Shown piece by piece: positions 10,646-21,234 of a stretch of 64,000 nucleotides of DNA; the first letter of the stretch is position 1, and each line of letters begins with the position of its first letter. The stretch lies in NCBI GenBank assembly GCA_038143065.1, contig JAYQLI010000035.1, positions 1,344,894 through 1,408,893 on the forward strand. The letters run 5' to 3'. Source of the DNA: Rhodospirillales bacterium (GTDB lineage: Bacteria > Pseudomonadota > Alphaproteobacteria > Bin95). The notes beneath the pieces were generated by a model that was not told the DNA's origin, did not search any database, and saw nothing but the letters and a program-made list of their open reading frames with translations. The translations under genes and the position numbers were made by a program.

Positions 10646-11616
10646 TTACCAGCGAACTAGTGATGCACCCCAGGTAAAACCACCGCCCATTGCCTCTAAA
10701 AGAAGCAGGTCTCCTCGTTTGATGCGACCATCTTTTAGGGCCTCATCCAGTGCTAATGGCACAGATGCCGCCGATGTATTCGCGTGCCTATCAACCGTTA
10801 CAATCACCTTTTCTTCAGGCATCTTTAATTTTTTACCTGCCCCGTTGATGATACGCAGGTTGGCCTGATGTGGAACCAGCCAATCAATTGCATCCGCAGA
10901 AAGACCATTTGCATCAAGCGCTTCTAACACCACACTGGATAAATTTGCGACAGCATGTTTAAAAACTTCACGGCCCTGCATTCGCAAATAACCAACTGTT
11001 TGAGTGGACGAAGGCCCACCATCAACATACAGCATATCTTTATAACGACCGTCAGAATGCAAATGCGTTGATAGGATGCCGCGGTCTTCAGCCCCTCCCC
11101 TTCACCTGCTTGCAAAACTAAGGCGCCGGCACCATCTCCAAAAAGAACGCATGTTGTCCGGTCTTCCCAATCGAGAATACGCGAGAAAGTTTCAGCGCCA
11201 ATTACTAGCGCATTCTTAGCCTGACCTGCACGAATGAAATTATCTGCAGTAGCCAGCGCGTATATGAACCCAGAACACACTGCCTGCACATCAAATGCAG
11301 CCCCCTGCTCCATTCCGATTGCCGCTTGAACAGTGGTTGCCGTGGATGGAAATGTATTATCTGGTGTTGCTGTTGCTAACACGATTAAGTCAACTTCTTT
11401 CCCTTCAATTCCAGCATCAGCGAGCGCAAGATTTGCTGCAGCGATCGCAAGATCAGAGGTTTTTTCTCCATCTGCAGCCATATATCGCTGTTTAATCCCT
11501 GTGCGAGCTTGAATCCACTCATCAGACGTATCTACCAACGCAGCTAGATCTGCGTTAGTGACCACCTTCTCTGGAAGATAAGCGCCTGAGCCAATTGCTA
11601 TTGATCGTGGTGCCAT
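10646..11616 (-). CDS. fabH: 3-oxoacyl-ACP synthase III, frameshift at ~11093
   Basis: AVCSGF, PHQAN and HANTSAAS catalytic triad; GGGFTWG. Confidence 0.95.
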
Positions 11617-11632
11617 AAAACCCGCCAAATTT

Positions 11633-12687
11633 TCACAAAGATTCCGATCCGCTTCGGAGGTCGCCGGTCTGCAACCGCTCGAACTCGGCTCGCACGCTCC
11701 CAAGAAAGCCATATCTCGACATGTCTACCGCGACCCCAACAGCATTTGCGAACCCAAATGCGTCTGAGCCACCGTGACTCTTTACCGCCACACCATTCAA
11801 ACCCAGGAACACTGCGCCGTTATATTTTCTTGGATCCAGATGGTTGCGCAGCCTTTTAGCGCGGGCCTAGCGAACAGATAGCCAATTGCTGCCATAGGAG
11901 ATGATCTAAAGGTTCGTCGCATGAAATACCCAAATAAACGGGCTGTTCCTTCAGCAGTTTTTAAAGCTACGTTTCCGGAAAATCCATCGGTTACCACAAC
12001 GTCGACCTTACCACTTATTATATCATCACCCTCGATAAACCCCTCAAATTTGAGAGGAAGCTGTCCCTCTAAATCGCGGAGCATTGCAGCAGCTGCCTTT
12101 ATTTGGTCCGATCCTTTAAGTTCCTCGGCACCAACATTTAAAAGCCCGACTGTAGGAGTTTCGATAGCCAATGATGCTCGGGCAAATAACGCTCCTAAAA
12201 TTGCAAACTGGAAGAGGTTATCTGCGTCACACTCAAGGTTTGCTCCTAGGTCAAGCATCACCGTCTCACCTTTAGAAGTCGGCAATATACTTGCCATCGC
12301 TGGTCTATCGATACCTGTCGGCGTTCGAAGCAAGAACTTTGAAATAGCCATTAAGGCGCCAGTATTTCCTGCAGATACAGCAGCTTGGGCCTCTCCTTGC
12401 TTTACAGCTTCCAAAGCGCTCCACATGCTACTACCCTTGCCATTGCGAAGCGCCTGCGATGGCTTAGCGTCTGCTGAAATTACGGACGAAGCCTCTCGCA
12501 GCTCTACTGCTTTAGACAAAACCTTATCCTTGGCAACAAGCTTTGTTAGTGTCTCACCCGCGCCAAAAACTAAAAAACGAACATCAGGAAACCGCTCAAG
12601 CGCAATGGCAGCCCCGCGAATAACAATTTCCGGAGCTTTATCACCACCCATTGCATCTAGGGCTATCGTTGGCCCATTAGCTACCAT
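11633..12687 (-). CDS. plsX: Phosphate acyltransferase PlsX, frameshift at ~11855
   Basis: [35 protein letters not shown]; shifted frame continues [12 protein letters not shown]. Confidence 0.95.
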
Positions 12688-12797
12688 CAGTTTTTCCAAA
12701 AAGTTTCCGAGAAAGAAATTCTAAACATCAAATGAATCGCTACAAGCTTCAATGTAGCGGGAACAGCGTCTCAACGCACATAAATTAATCAATTAAC

Positions 12798-13325
12798 TTA
12801 TTTCGCCTTTTTTTGAGCAAGCAAAGCATCAAGGCCTGCAAAAGGCCTTTGTGTTTTGGCGGTAGTCTCATCACCAGCAGCTAATGGAGCATCTGGAGCA
12901 CGGGGGTAAGGGTTAAGAGCCAAGACAAGATGCTGCAATGCTAACTCACCTATATCGAAGCTATCTTGTTCTAAGAGGGTAACCTCATACTCATCCGGAT
13001 CGATAAGTAGATGTTCACTTTGGTCGGTGGCTTGCTCTGGGGACGTGGTAAAATATTCGTCAAAAACGCCCTCTGTAGTTTCAATGAAATTTTCAAGCGT
13101 AACAATGCAAGAGCGCTCTGCGATCAGTTTAATGTTTCCCGAAACCTGATAGATATCTCCGATGATCGTTCTCTGAAGTTGTGCATCCAGCGCCAGAGAA
13201 AAAATTTTACTAATGCCCAAACGGGTTTTAATTTCTGATAGCTCTTGCCCCGAGGCTTCATGCCTGATCTGCACTGGCTCTGCCGCAGCAAGTCCTAGTG
13301 ATACTAGCAAAGGCAATTCATTCAT
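12798..13325 (-). CDS. DUF177/YceD family protein
   Basis: CIVTLE, DIGELALQHLVLALNPYPR, RPFAGL; upstream of plsX. Confidence 0.85.
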   Translation of the reverse strand: MNELPLLVSLGLAAAEPVQIRHEASGQELSEIKTRLGISKIFSLALDAQLQRTIIGDIYQVSGNIKLIAERSCIVTLENFIETTEGVFDEYFTTSPEQATDQSEHLLIDPDEYEVTLLEQDSFDIGELALQHLVLALNPYPRAPDAPLAAGDETTAKTQRPFAGLDALLAQKKAK

Positions 13326-13861
13326 GTTCTAGCCTTTCCAGACAACAAGCCCTGATCATCAACCGCCTCCCATGCCGATCCTATTTGGCGCACTTCGTGG
13401 GCTGCAGAGTCAACAATTCCAACACTCTCTGGCAAACCTTCCTTATAAAGATTTCGTTCGAGGACCTCCTTGATAGCGTCGTTTGAGATATCCGACGAGA
13501 AAATTACGCGGTAGGCAGCAATTCTGCCATACAAACGTTCGGTTAAAGCCTGCACTCTTCTTCCGACTCCAAGATCTCCCGCACCCAAGTCTCGCAGACT
13601 GGCATCCATATCGGCAACAAAAGCCTCAGCAACTCGCCGACGAAGCGCCTGTACATCTTCACAGCCTTGTTCTAACCGCAACCACAGAGCTGCTAGTTCA
13701 AGAGCTAAAGCTTCAAATCGTGCTTCTGATGTTTCTGGCAGACCTAGTAGACGTAGCTGATCAGCTGATGTTGCTTTCAGAGCAGTATCCCGATAGAGCT
13801 GCCAAGCAATATCACTCTTACGCGTAACTCGTGCTTCCCACCAAGCTTTAATGCTTTTCAT
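13322..13861 (-). CDS. Ubiquinol-cytochrome c chaperone (Cbp3/UQCC1 family)
   Basis: RFE.LAL, FVADMDASLRDLGAGDLGVGRRV, YGRIAAY, LERNLY. Confidence 0.88.
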   Translation of the reverse strand: MKSIKAWWEARVTRKSDIAWQLYRDTALKATSADQLRLLGLPETSEARFEALALELAALWLRLEQGCEDVQALRRRVAEAFVADMDASLRDLGAGDLGVGRRVQALTERLYGRIAAYRVIFSSDISNDAIKEVLERNLYKEGLPESVGIVDSAAHEVRQIGSAWEAVDDQGLLSGKART

Positions 13862-13891
13862 TGCTCGATACTCACTCCTCGAGTATGGAAT

Positions 13892-14332
13892 ATGTCCATG
13901 AACAAACTTTTTTCCAGCTTAATCATCATAGCCACTCTTTCTGTGTCTGCTTGTACAGATGTGGTGTCAACTCACGGCCATGTTCTTCAAAGGGCTACTC
14001 TTGACGATGTACGCCCCGGTGTAGCCACAAAACAAGACATTCAAAACAAACTAGGACATCCCACCTCGACCGGCGCCTTTGATGCGAGCGTTTGGTATTA
14101 CATCAGTCAGGTCAGGATACGCCGTTCCTTTTTTAACCCAGTAACAGCCCAACAGCGGGTTCTAGTGATGCGTTTTGATGCTAACGACATCCTTGAAAAG
14201 ATCAGTATGTTGGATGAAGAAGAAAGCCAAGAGGTTACCCTAGTTTCTCGGCAAACACCCACAGCAGGCCATAAATTATCTATCCTTGAACAACTTCTCG
14301 GAAATGTTGGTCGATTTGTGAAGAAAGAATAA
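13892..14332 (+). CDS. bamE: Outer membrane assembly lipoprotein BamE
   Basis: Lipobox VSAC, LGHPTS, WYYISQ, TPTAG..LSILEQLLGNVGR. Confidence 0.92.
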   Translation: MSMNKLFSSLIIIATLSVSACTDVVSTHGHVLQRATLDDVRPGVATKQDIQNKLGHPTSTGAFDASVWYYISQVRIRRSFFNPVTAQQRVLVMRFDANDILEKISMLDEEESQEVTLVSRQTPTAGHKLSILEQLLGNVGRFVKKE

Positions 14333-14355
14333 AGTCGACAGTCATTTACAAAATA

Positions 14356-14378
14356 AACGGGACTCAGTGAGCCCCGTT
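14356..14378. terminator. Stem-loop between convergent bamE and permease genes
   Basis: AACGGGACTC-AGT-GAGCCCCGTT inverted repeat with one mismatch; A-rich flank on the left. Confidence 0.6.
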
Positions 14379-14489
14379 CATAAGATCCATAACTACCTCC
14401 GAGAGCTAATACTCAAATGTTAGTTGCGCAATTAAACTCTCGGAGCTCTGTTATTTTCCATAGGCAGTCACAACCCACCTATTGGATGT

Positions 14490-15801
14490 TTAAGGTAGAA
14501 AGATAAACTTCAGAATAAATAGTCCTGCTAGTACCAACACAGCAGGGCTCGCCTCGCTGTATTTTCCACTGGCAATCTTAATTATTCCATAAAGTGTAAA
14601 TCCAATTGCAATCCCATGTGCAATTGAAAAGGTCAGAGGCATTGCTATGGCCGTCACCACAGCGGGAGCTGCTTCGGTAACGTCCTCCCACTCCACATCA
14701 GCAATGCTGCCAGCCATCAAACAGGCAACATATAATAAAGCAGGAGCCGTTGCGTAACCTGGAATAGATTGAGCAAGTGGCGCAAAGAAAAGTGCCAGCA
14801 AGAAGAGAACTGCTACTGTCACAGCCGTAAGTCCAGTTCGACCTCCAGCATCAATACCAGCTACACTTTCGATGTAGGAAGTTGTGGTTGAAGTGCCTAA
14901 GCCAGCACCTACGACGGTTGCGGTGGAATCAGCAGTAAGAGCACGACCAAGACGCGGAAGTTTTCCCTCTGAGTCTAGTAGTTTTGCCCGATGGGCTGAA
15001 CCCCCCAGCGTTCCTGCAGTGTCAAAAAGATCAACAAAAAGAAAGGCAAAAACAATGCCTATCATACCGCCCGTAAGAGCGGCTGAAATATCCATCTGCA
15101 TGAATGTTGGGGCGATAGCAGGGGAGCAGAGACAATACCCTTGAATTCACTGACCCCAAGAACAACACCAATGATGGTCACTACTAAGATCCCAATAATC
15201 ACAGCACCAGGAATTTTTCGAGCAGCTAGCGCAACAATAAGAACAAATCCAATTGCGGCCAGAAGCGCCTCAGTTTTTCCCAAGTCGCCTAGTGTGACGA
15301 GCGTAGCAGGATGATCGACAACAACCCCTGCATTTTTAAGAGCAATGATCGCGAGAAAAAGACCAATCCCTGCCGCAATCGCCATTTTCATACTGCGAGG
15401 GATTGCATTGATAATCCATTCACGTACTGGCAACACAGAAAGAAGGAGGAATATGACACCAGAAACAAAGACAGCGCCTAAAGCTGCTTGCCAAGTGTGG
15501 CCCATCCCAAGCACCACTCCGTACGCAAAAAGGCGTTTAGCCCCATACCTGGTGCAAGAGCTATCGGATAATTCGCTGCAAAACCCATAATTGCACAACC
15601 GATTGCGGCGGCTAAACAGGTTGCGACAAACACAGCGCCGAAGTCCATTCCTGCATCAGACAAAATTGCAGGATTAACAAACGTTATATAGGCCATGGTA
15701 AGAAACGTGGTCAGACCCGCTATTACCTCTGAGCGGAGAGTGACCCCATGCTGCCGAAGGGCGAAAAGCTTCTCTATCAAGTTTCCATTCCTTTCAGTCA
15801 T
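14490..15801 (-). CDS. NCS2/AzgA-family purine permease, frameshifts at ~15530 and ~15122
   Basis: EVIAGLTTFLTMAYI.FVNP, LAPGMGLNAF, DLFDTAGTL, TSYIES.AG...GGRTG. Confidence 0.92.
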
Positions 15802-16024
15802 AGATGTCGAAACACAACATTGTGTTAGATCGTATAGCAAAAAGTCAATATTTAGTAAAATTTCACTATTTTCAGCACAAATAAAATAAATCTTTTTTTA
15901 TTTTTCTCAGTAAAAACAACCTCTAATACTTCAATATTTCGATACGCTAACACTAACATTTAGCCATAATTTAATGCTAATTTTTTGCATGTGTGACCTA
16001 TCCTTGGAAAAGGAATTTCAACTA

Positions 16025-16780
16025 ATGCGGTTTGATGATCGGACATTGATAATTACGGGTGCCTCCTCAGGCATAGGTGCAGCAACAGCAAGGCAGGCGC
16101 TCAATGAGGGTGCTGCGGTAGTTGCTGTCGATGCAAACTCCAATGGGCTAGTTGAACTAAAAGAGCACGCTCCAGATCGTGTCCAGATCCTCGTTGGAGA
16201 CGTTTCTGAAGCTGCAGTTGCAAAAAATGGTGTTGAACTTGCACAAAATTTTGAAAAACCACTCAAAGGTCTGGTTACAGCAGCAGGTATAAGTGCGAGC
16301 GGTACATCTATCAGCGAATTCTCTGATCAAAAATGGGACGAAATTTTTCGAGTCAATGTCCGAGGGTCATGGGTATGGCTCAAAGCCGCCTTACCTGCAT
16401 TTGAGAAAACTGGAGGTGGCAGTGTGGTTTTCCTTGCTTCCCAACTAGCTTTTGGAGGAGGCAAGTTGAACGCAGCTTACATTGCTTCAAAAGGCGCAAT
16501 TGTTTCACTTACTAAAACAGCAGCGTTTGAACTTGCAGAGCAAGGAGTGCGCGTCAACGCAGTTGCTCCCGGAGCAATTGACACTCCGTTGCTTCATAGG
16601 GGAATGCAAAACCAAATAAACCCTGACGCCGCAATTTCATATTCTCAAAACCGCCACGCAATGAAACGCTTTGGAGAAGTCAACGAGATTGCAAGCCCCA
16701 TCCTCTATCTTCTTGGGGATGAGGCCAGTTTTATCACCGGCCACACCCTTTTAGCTGATGGCGGTTGGACAGCCAGCTAA
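16025..16780 (+). CDS. SDR oxidoreductase
   Basis: TGASSGIG, YIASK, VNAVAPG. Confidence 0.92.
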   Translation: MRFDDRTLIITGASSGIGAATARQALNEGAAVVAVDANSNGLVELKEHAPDRVQILVGDVSEAAVAKNGVELAQNFEKPLKGLVTAAGISASGTSISEFSDQKWDEIFRVNVRGSWVWLKAALPAFEKTGGGSVVFLASQLAFGGGKLNAAYIASKGAIVSLTKTAAFELAEQGVRVNAVAPGAIDTPLLHRGMQNQINPDAAISYSQNRHAMKRFGEVNEIASPILYLLGDEASFITGHTLLADGGWTAS

Positions 16781-16843
16781 GCCGGAATACTTTAAATCTA
16801 AAGCAGGTCTGACCTAGCCAGAAATAGACATTTTTTGATATTT

Positions 16844-18142
16844 TTAACTATGTCCAAACACCCGTTTGAAGATTAAATCCACATGTGCAAGTTGGCGCTC
16901 AGGATCAAAGGCTGCTTCGAGATCCTCGTCTGACACCTTTCCTGAAACTTCTGGGTCTGATTTTAAACGATCCAGGAAGTTGCCCCCATTTTTCCAAACC
17001 TCCATCGCGTTAGACTGCACCAAACGATAAGCATCTTCTCGACTTACGCCGGCTTGCGTTAACGCCAACAAAACATGTTGTGAGAACGCTAGACCGCCCA
17101 TACGATCCATATTTTCTTGCATTCTATCTGGATAGACGACCAACTTTTCAATCATTCCGGCTAAACGCATTAGAGCAAAGTCGAGAGTCACAGTAGCATC
17201 AGGTGCAAACATACGCTCAACAGAGGAGTGGGAAATGTCTCTCTCATGCCAAAGTGCGACGTTTTCCATCGCGGGAATGACCGCGGCACGAACAACACGT
17301 GCTAGACCGGTTAAATTTTCTGATAGGACCGGATTCCGCTTGTGCGGCATAGCAGAAGAGCCTTTTTGACCAGCGTGGAAAAATTCTTCCGCCTCCAAAA
17401 CCTCTGTCCGTTGTAAATGTCTAACCTCGGTCGCAATTCTTTCCACACTACTTGCAATTACTCCAAGAGTAGCGAAAAACATGGCATGTCGGTCGCGGGG
17501 AATAACTTGCGTGGATACAGTTTCAGGTACGAGTCCCATTTTTGAGGCAACATGAGCCTCAACTCGCGGATCAATAGAGGCAAATGTCCCCACCGGGCCC
17601 GATATAGCGCAAGTCGCAATTTCAGCGCGGCTTGCCAGCAGCCGCTCTCTATTTCGCTTAAACTCGGCATAGTGCCCAGCAAGCTTTAACCCAAACGTAG
17701 TAGGCTCCGCATGAATACCATGACTTCGGCCGATGGTTATCGTTCGCTTATGCTGAAAAGCCTGCTTTTCTAGCGCTAACAGGACTTTATCCAAGTCATC
17801 TAACAAAATATCTGTTGCACGCATTAGCTGTACAGAAAGACACGTGTCTAAAACGTCTGAGGACGTCATGCCTTGGTGCACAAAACGCGCTTCTGGCCCA
17901 ACGTATTCCGCAAGATTAGTTAAAAAGGCGATAACATCGTGACGCGTTTCAGCCTCAATTGCGTCAATGCGGGCAACATCGAACTGGCCGCGCTCCCAAA
18001 CAGCTTTTGCAGCATCCTTTGGCACCACACCAAGCTCTGCTTGGGCATCCATGGCGTGGGCTTCAATCTCAAACCAGATTTGAAATTTAGTTTCTGGCTC
18101 CCAGATAGAAGCCATTTCAGAACGAGTATATCTAGGGATCAT
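16844..18142 (-). CDS. purB: Adenylosuccinate lyase
   Basis: MIPRY, TRHDVIAF, GRSHGIHAEP, GSSAMPHKRNP. Confidence 0.97.
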   Translation of the reverse strand: MIPRYTRSEMASIWEPETKFQIWFEIEAHAMDAQAELGVVPKDAAKAVWERGQFDVARIDAIEAETRHDVIAFLTNLAEYVGPEARFVHQGMTSSDVLDTCLSVQLMRATDILLDDLDKVLLALEKQAFQHKRTITIGRSHGIHAEPTTFGLKLAGHYAEFKRNRERLLASRAEIATCAISGPVGTFASIDPRVEAHVASKMGLVPETVSTQVIPRDRHAMFFATLGVIASSVERIATEVRHLQRTEVLEAEEFFHAGQKGSSAMPHKRNPVLSENLTGLARVVRAAVIPAMENVALWHERDISHSSVERMFAPDATVTLDFALMRLAGMIEKLVVYPDRMQENMDRMGGLAFSQHVLLALTQAGVSREDAYRLVQSNAMEVWKNGGNFLDRLKSDPEVSGKVSDEDLEAAFDPERQLAHVDLIFKRVFGHS

Positions 18143-18285
18143 CCGACGCGACTCCAAAAAAGCTGAAGAGAGGTTATCGCGGCCTGACAACTTATGGTCA
18201 ACGCGACCGCTTATCCTAGCTATTACATTGACAATAACGGTAACTCGCCCCCACCTATAGAGTTAGTCATTTAAGCGGAGTAGTT

Positions 18286-19211
18286 ATGCGTCTTTTATCC
18301 TCTATCGCCCTGATAATTTTATTGTCTACCTCTGGTGCCTCAGCTGATTATGAATCTGACCAAAGTGAGGTATGTGGCTACCTACCATATCGTCCTGCGG
18401 GCGAAGGTCGTTTTGGGCCATCGAGAGAGGAAACTCTGCCTGCAAAAATCGGGGGCAAGCGACATACGCATTAGCTCTTGACCTTTTGCGGCCGACTTTT
18501 CTTGCCGCAGAAGTCGCAGAAGATCTACTTGCTGGCCGTAGTATAGATGAAATTAAAGAATCGGCGGGCAGCGCTTTAAGTCTCGGGGAATACATGCTGC
18601 ATTCCGCTAAACATTTTGGTGAATCACCAAAACAGACCGAAAACGCAGATTTTCGTCGCCAATTAGCAGAATCCCGATCGAAAAATTTTCATTCAGTCTA
18701 CATGCTGTCAAAGACTAATTACGATGCAATTGTTCAGGAAATTATGAGCAAAAATAGTCCAAATATCGAAAAACTAATGGAAATATCAAAGGCTTGGCGG
18801 CCCGCTTATGCATTATTGGCTAAAGCTCAAGCAGATGACAAACGCATAGAATTACTTGCCTCTGATTTGGATATTGATGGCGTTCTCGAAAAAGAAGCAG
18901 AAGTATGTTTGGCACACGGTATCTACCTACTAGCTCTGGATGCCCCCGAAGCCGTTGGTAAGGCACAACGCTCAATAAAACGGTGGGATGCACGCCCACT
19001 GGTTAATGCGCGAACGTTACCGAAAGCTGCTCGAGCTCCATTTTTTGATAGAGAAGACGTCGGAGATGAACTAGCGACTAAAGTTTTAAAAATGAATTCT
19101 CAGAGCATCTCCATCGAGGAGTTTAGAGAGCTTTCCAAACTTTACGCTGAGTTTGTCGACACATCCAAAGTGCTGCATAACGCCATGCTAGAGAAAGAAA
19201 AACCCAAGTAG
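18286..19211 (+). CDS. Hypothetical secreted protein, frameshift at ~18450
   Basis: GGAG RBS, signal peptide MRLLSSIALIILLSTSGASA; frame switch across A5/G5 runs joins the long 18372..19211 ORF. Confidence 0.6.
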
Positions 19212-19214
19212 AAA

Positions 19215-20191
19215 TTATCGGTGTTGAAAGCCTGCTTTTCCAGAAAAACAGGCTTGCCATCGGCGTTAAGCACTTCAACGCCTACCTCCCCAGCAATAGC
19301 CTCACCGATAATTGTTACAGAAATAGAATTGGCGTCCGCAACCTTCTTGATTGCTTCTCGTTGTGCCGGCGGTGCTGCAAAAACTATTTGATAGTCGTCT
19401 CCAGCTGAAACGGCCTGATCTAGGCTCCAGAAGCCCTGGCTGATTGCCTGTTTTGATGCATTGGACAGAGGTATCGAAGCCATATTTATTCTAAAACGAA
19501 CCCTGGAAGCATTTGAAATATGTCCGGCATCTGCAATCAAACCATCCGAAATATCCGCAGCGGCATTCACAAGACTAGATGCACCAATTGCAGCGCCAAA
19601 GCTCGCCGGTGGATCAGGCAGGCGAAAACGATTGGAAAGCCAAATCTTATCTTTCTCTGCAAGTTGCGGGACTTCGCCTTGAGCCACCAACAATCCAAGT
19701 CCCGCATCACCAATATTACCTGTTACCCAAAGGTCATCACCAACGCATGCACCATGCCGGGTTACCATACCTGAGCTAAGAACAGTCCCAAGAGCAGTGA
19801 TCGACGCTATTATTGGACCAGAGGTCGAAACAGTGTCCCCACCAAGAAGCAAAATACCATATTTATCTTGGTCTAACCGCAACCCATCAGCAAATTCAGA
19901 TACCCAGTCTTCGTTCCGTGCATCAGGCAAAGCTAATGTCAAAAGATACCCGGATGGACGTGCTCCTTTTGCAGCAAGGTCTGAGATGTTCGTGCGAAGA
20001 AGCCGCTGGGCAATCACTCCTGCCCGTTCATTAGGTAGAAAATGTACTCCCTCAACAATCGCATCAGTTGTTAGAATTAACTGTTTTCCAGGAGGCAAGT
20101 TATAAATCGCAGCATCGTCCTTAAGCTCAAGGCCTCCTGCTCCTGCCAAAGGAGCAAAATATCTAGAGATTAGATCGAACTCACCGGTCAT
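19215..20191 (-). CDS. thiL: Thiamine-monophosphate kinase; frameshift near the C-terminus, probable true stop at 19215
   Basis: EFDLISRYF, DDAA, NISDLAAKGA, GGDT, DISDGL, GDDY; shifted frame ends AGFQHR*. Confidence 0.93.
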
Positions 20192-20229
20192 TTGGAATTC
20201 TTTTTAGCTTTAAGTTACCTACCTATAGC

Positions 20230-20721
20230 TTAAAATTCATCTGGCCGAACCAAGTGAGCAATGCGATCAAGTGCTGCGTTCACAAGCGATGCCTCGGGTT
20301 GACCAAAAAAATCGTCTGCAATGTCAACATACTCACTTATAGTTACCTTTGGTGGAGCTTCGCCAATTGCTAAAAGTTCTGCTGCACCGGCCACTAAGAT
20401 TGCTTGGAGGATTAACTCCATTCTTTCTAGACGGCGGTTCTCAAGAGCATTCTGCAACAATTGGATCAGCCGTTCCCCGTTGTCTTCTATGGCCTGAATG
20501 ATGGAGCCATAGAAATTTTTATCGGCAACTAAAGACATTCCATCTACATTTTGCCCCAAATAATGTTTGCGCATCTCCTTGGCAGCACCGGCCAGTGGCT
20601 TATGGACGATTTCGGCCTGATATAGAGTTTGGACTGCGGCGACACGAGCAATCCTTCGGTGGCTGGCTGAGCGGACGACTGATTGATCTTGATCCGCAGC
20701 ACTCACGTCAGAGACCGCCAC
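20230..20721 (-). CDS. nusB: Transcription antitermination factor NusB
   Basis: RRIARVAAVQTLYQ, PPKVTISEYVDIA..FF, VNAALD; between ribH and thiL. Confidence 0.92.
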   Translation of the reverse strand: MAVSDVSAADQDQSVVRSASHRRIARVAAVQTLYQAEIVHKPLAGAAKEMRKHYLGQNVDGMSLVADKNFYGSIIQAIEDNGERLIQLLQNALENRRLERMELILQAILVAGAAELLAIGEAPPKVTISEYVDIADDFFGQPEASLVNAALDRIAHLVRPDEF

Positions 20722-21211
20722 GAAAACGACGTTTCATCGCTATCATGCCAAGACACGCAAGCGCAGCCTCTCGGCCTTTATTCTTCTGATCAACATTAGC
20801 ACGGACAAGGGCCTGTTGCTCATTCTCACAGGTAAGCAAACCAAAGCCAACTGCCAATCCACGGTTCACAGTTAAGTCCATCAACCCTCGCGCCGTTTCC
20901 TGACAGATCAAGTCATAATGACTCGTCTCACCACGAAGAACACAACCAAGTGTTATAAATCCATCAAAGAGCTTCCCACCATCTCTTCGTGAAGCAGCCA
21001 ACATAACGGCAGCGGGCATTTCAAAAGCACCGCCGACACTTACTGCCTCAGAAGTAGCACCAAATTCAGCCAGAGTAGAGGTCGCTCCCTTTTCCAACTC
21101 ATCCACTATATGACGGTAGTACGGAGCAGTGATGATTAGAATGTGGGATCCATTTGCTGGGTCTAAATCTAAATAGTCAGAAGCGTCAGCCACGGGTAAA
21201 AAATCTCCCAA
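20708..21211 (-). CDS. ribH: 6,7-dimethyl-8-ribityllumazine synthase
   Basis: GAFEMP, LGCVLRGETSHYD, NKGREAA. Confidence 0.95.
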   Translation of the reverse strand: MGDFLPVADASDYLDLDPANGSHILIITAPYYRHIVDELEKGATSTLAEFGATSEAVSVGGAFEMPAAVMLAASRRDGGKLFDGFITLGCVLRGETSHYDLICQETARGLMDLTVNRGLAVGFGLLTCENEQQALVRANVDQKNKGREAALACLGMIAMKRRFRGGL

Positions 21212-21234
21212 AAAAAAGTAAAATTAAATTAAGA

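Noticed and set aside
11921-12724. 267-aa plus-strand ORF and many similar shadow ORFs (e.g. 43488..43883, 49850..50227, 51050..51421)
   Set aside because: Antisense mirrors of well-supported genes, Ser/Pro/Thr-rich and without motifs
19142-19211. 70-bp antisense overlap of thiL with the orphan gene
   Set aside because: Artefact of a homopolymer frameshift; the corrected thiL stops at 19215
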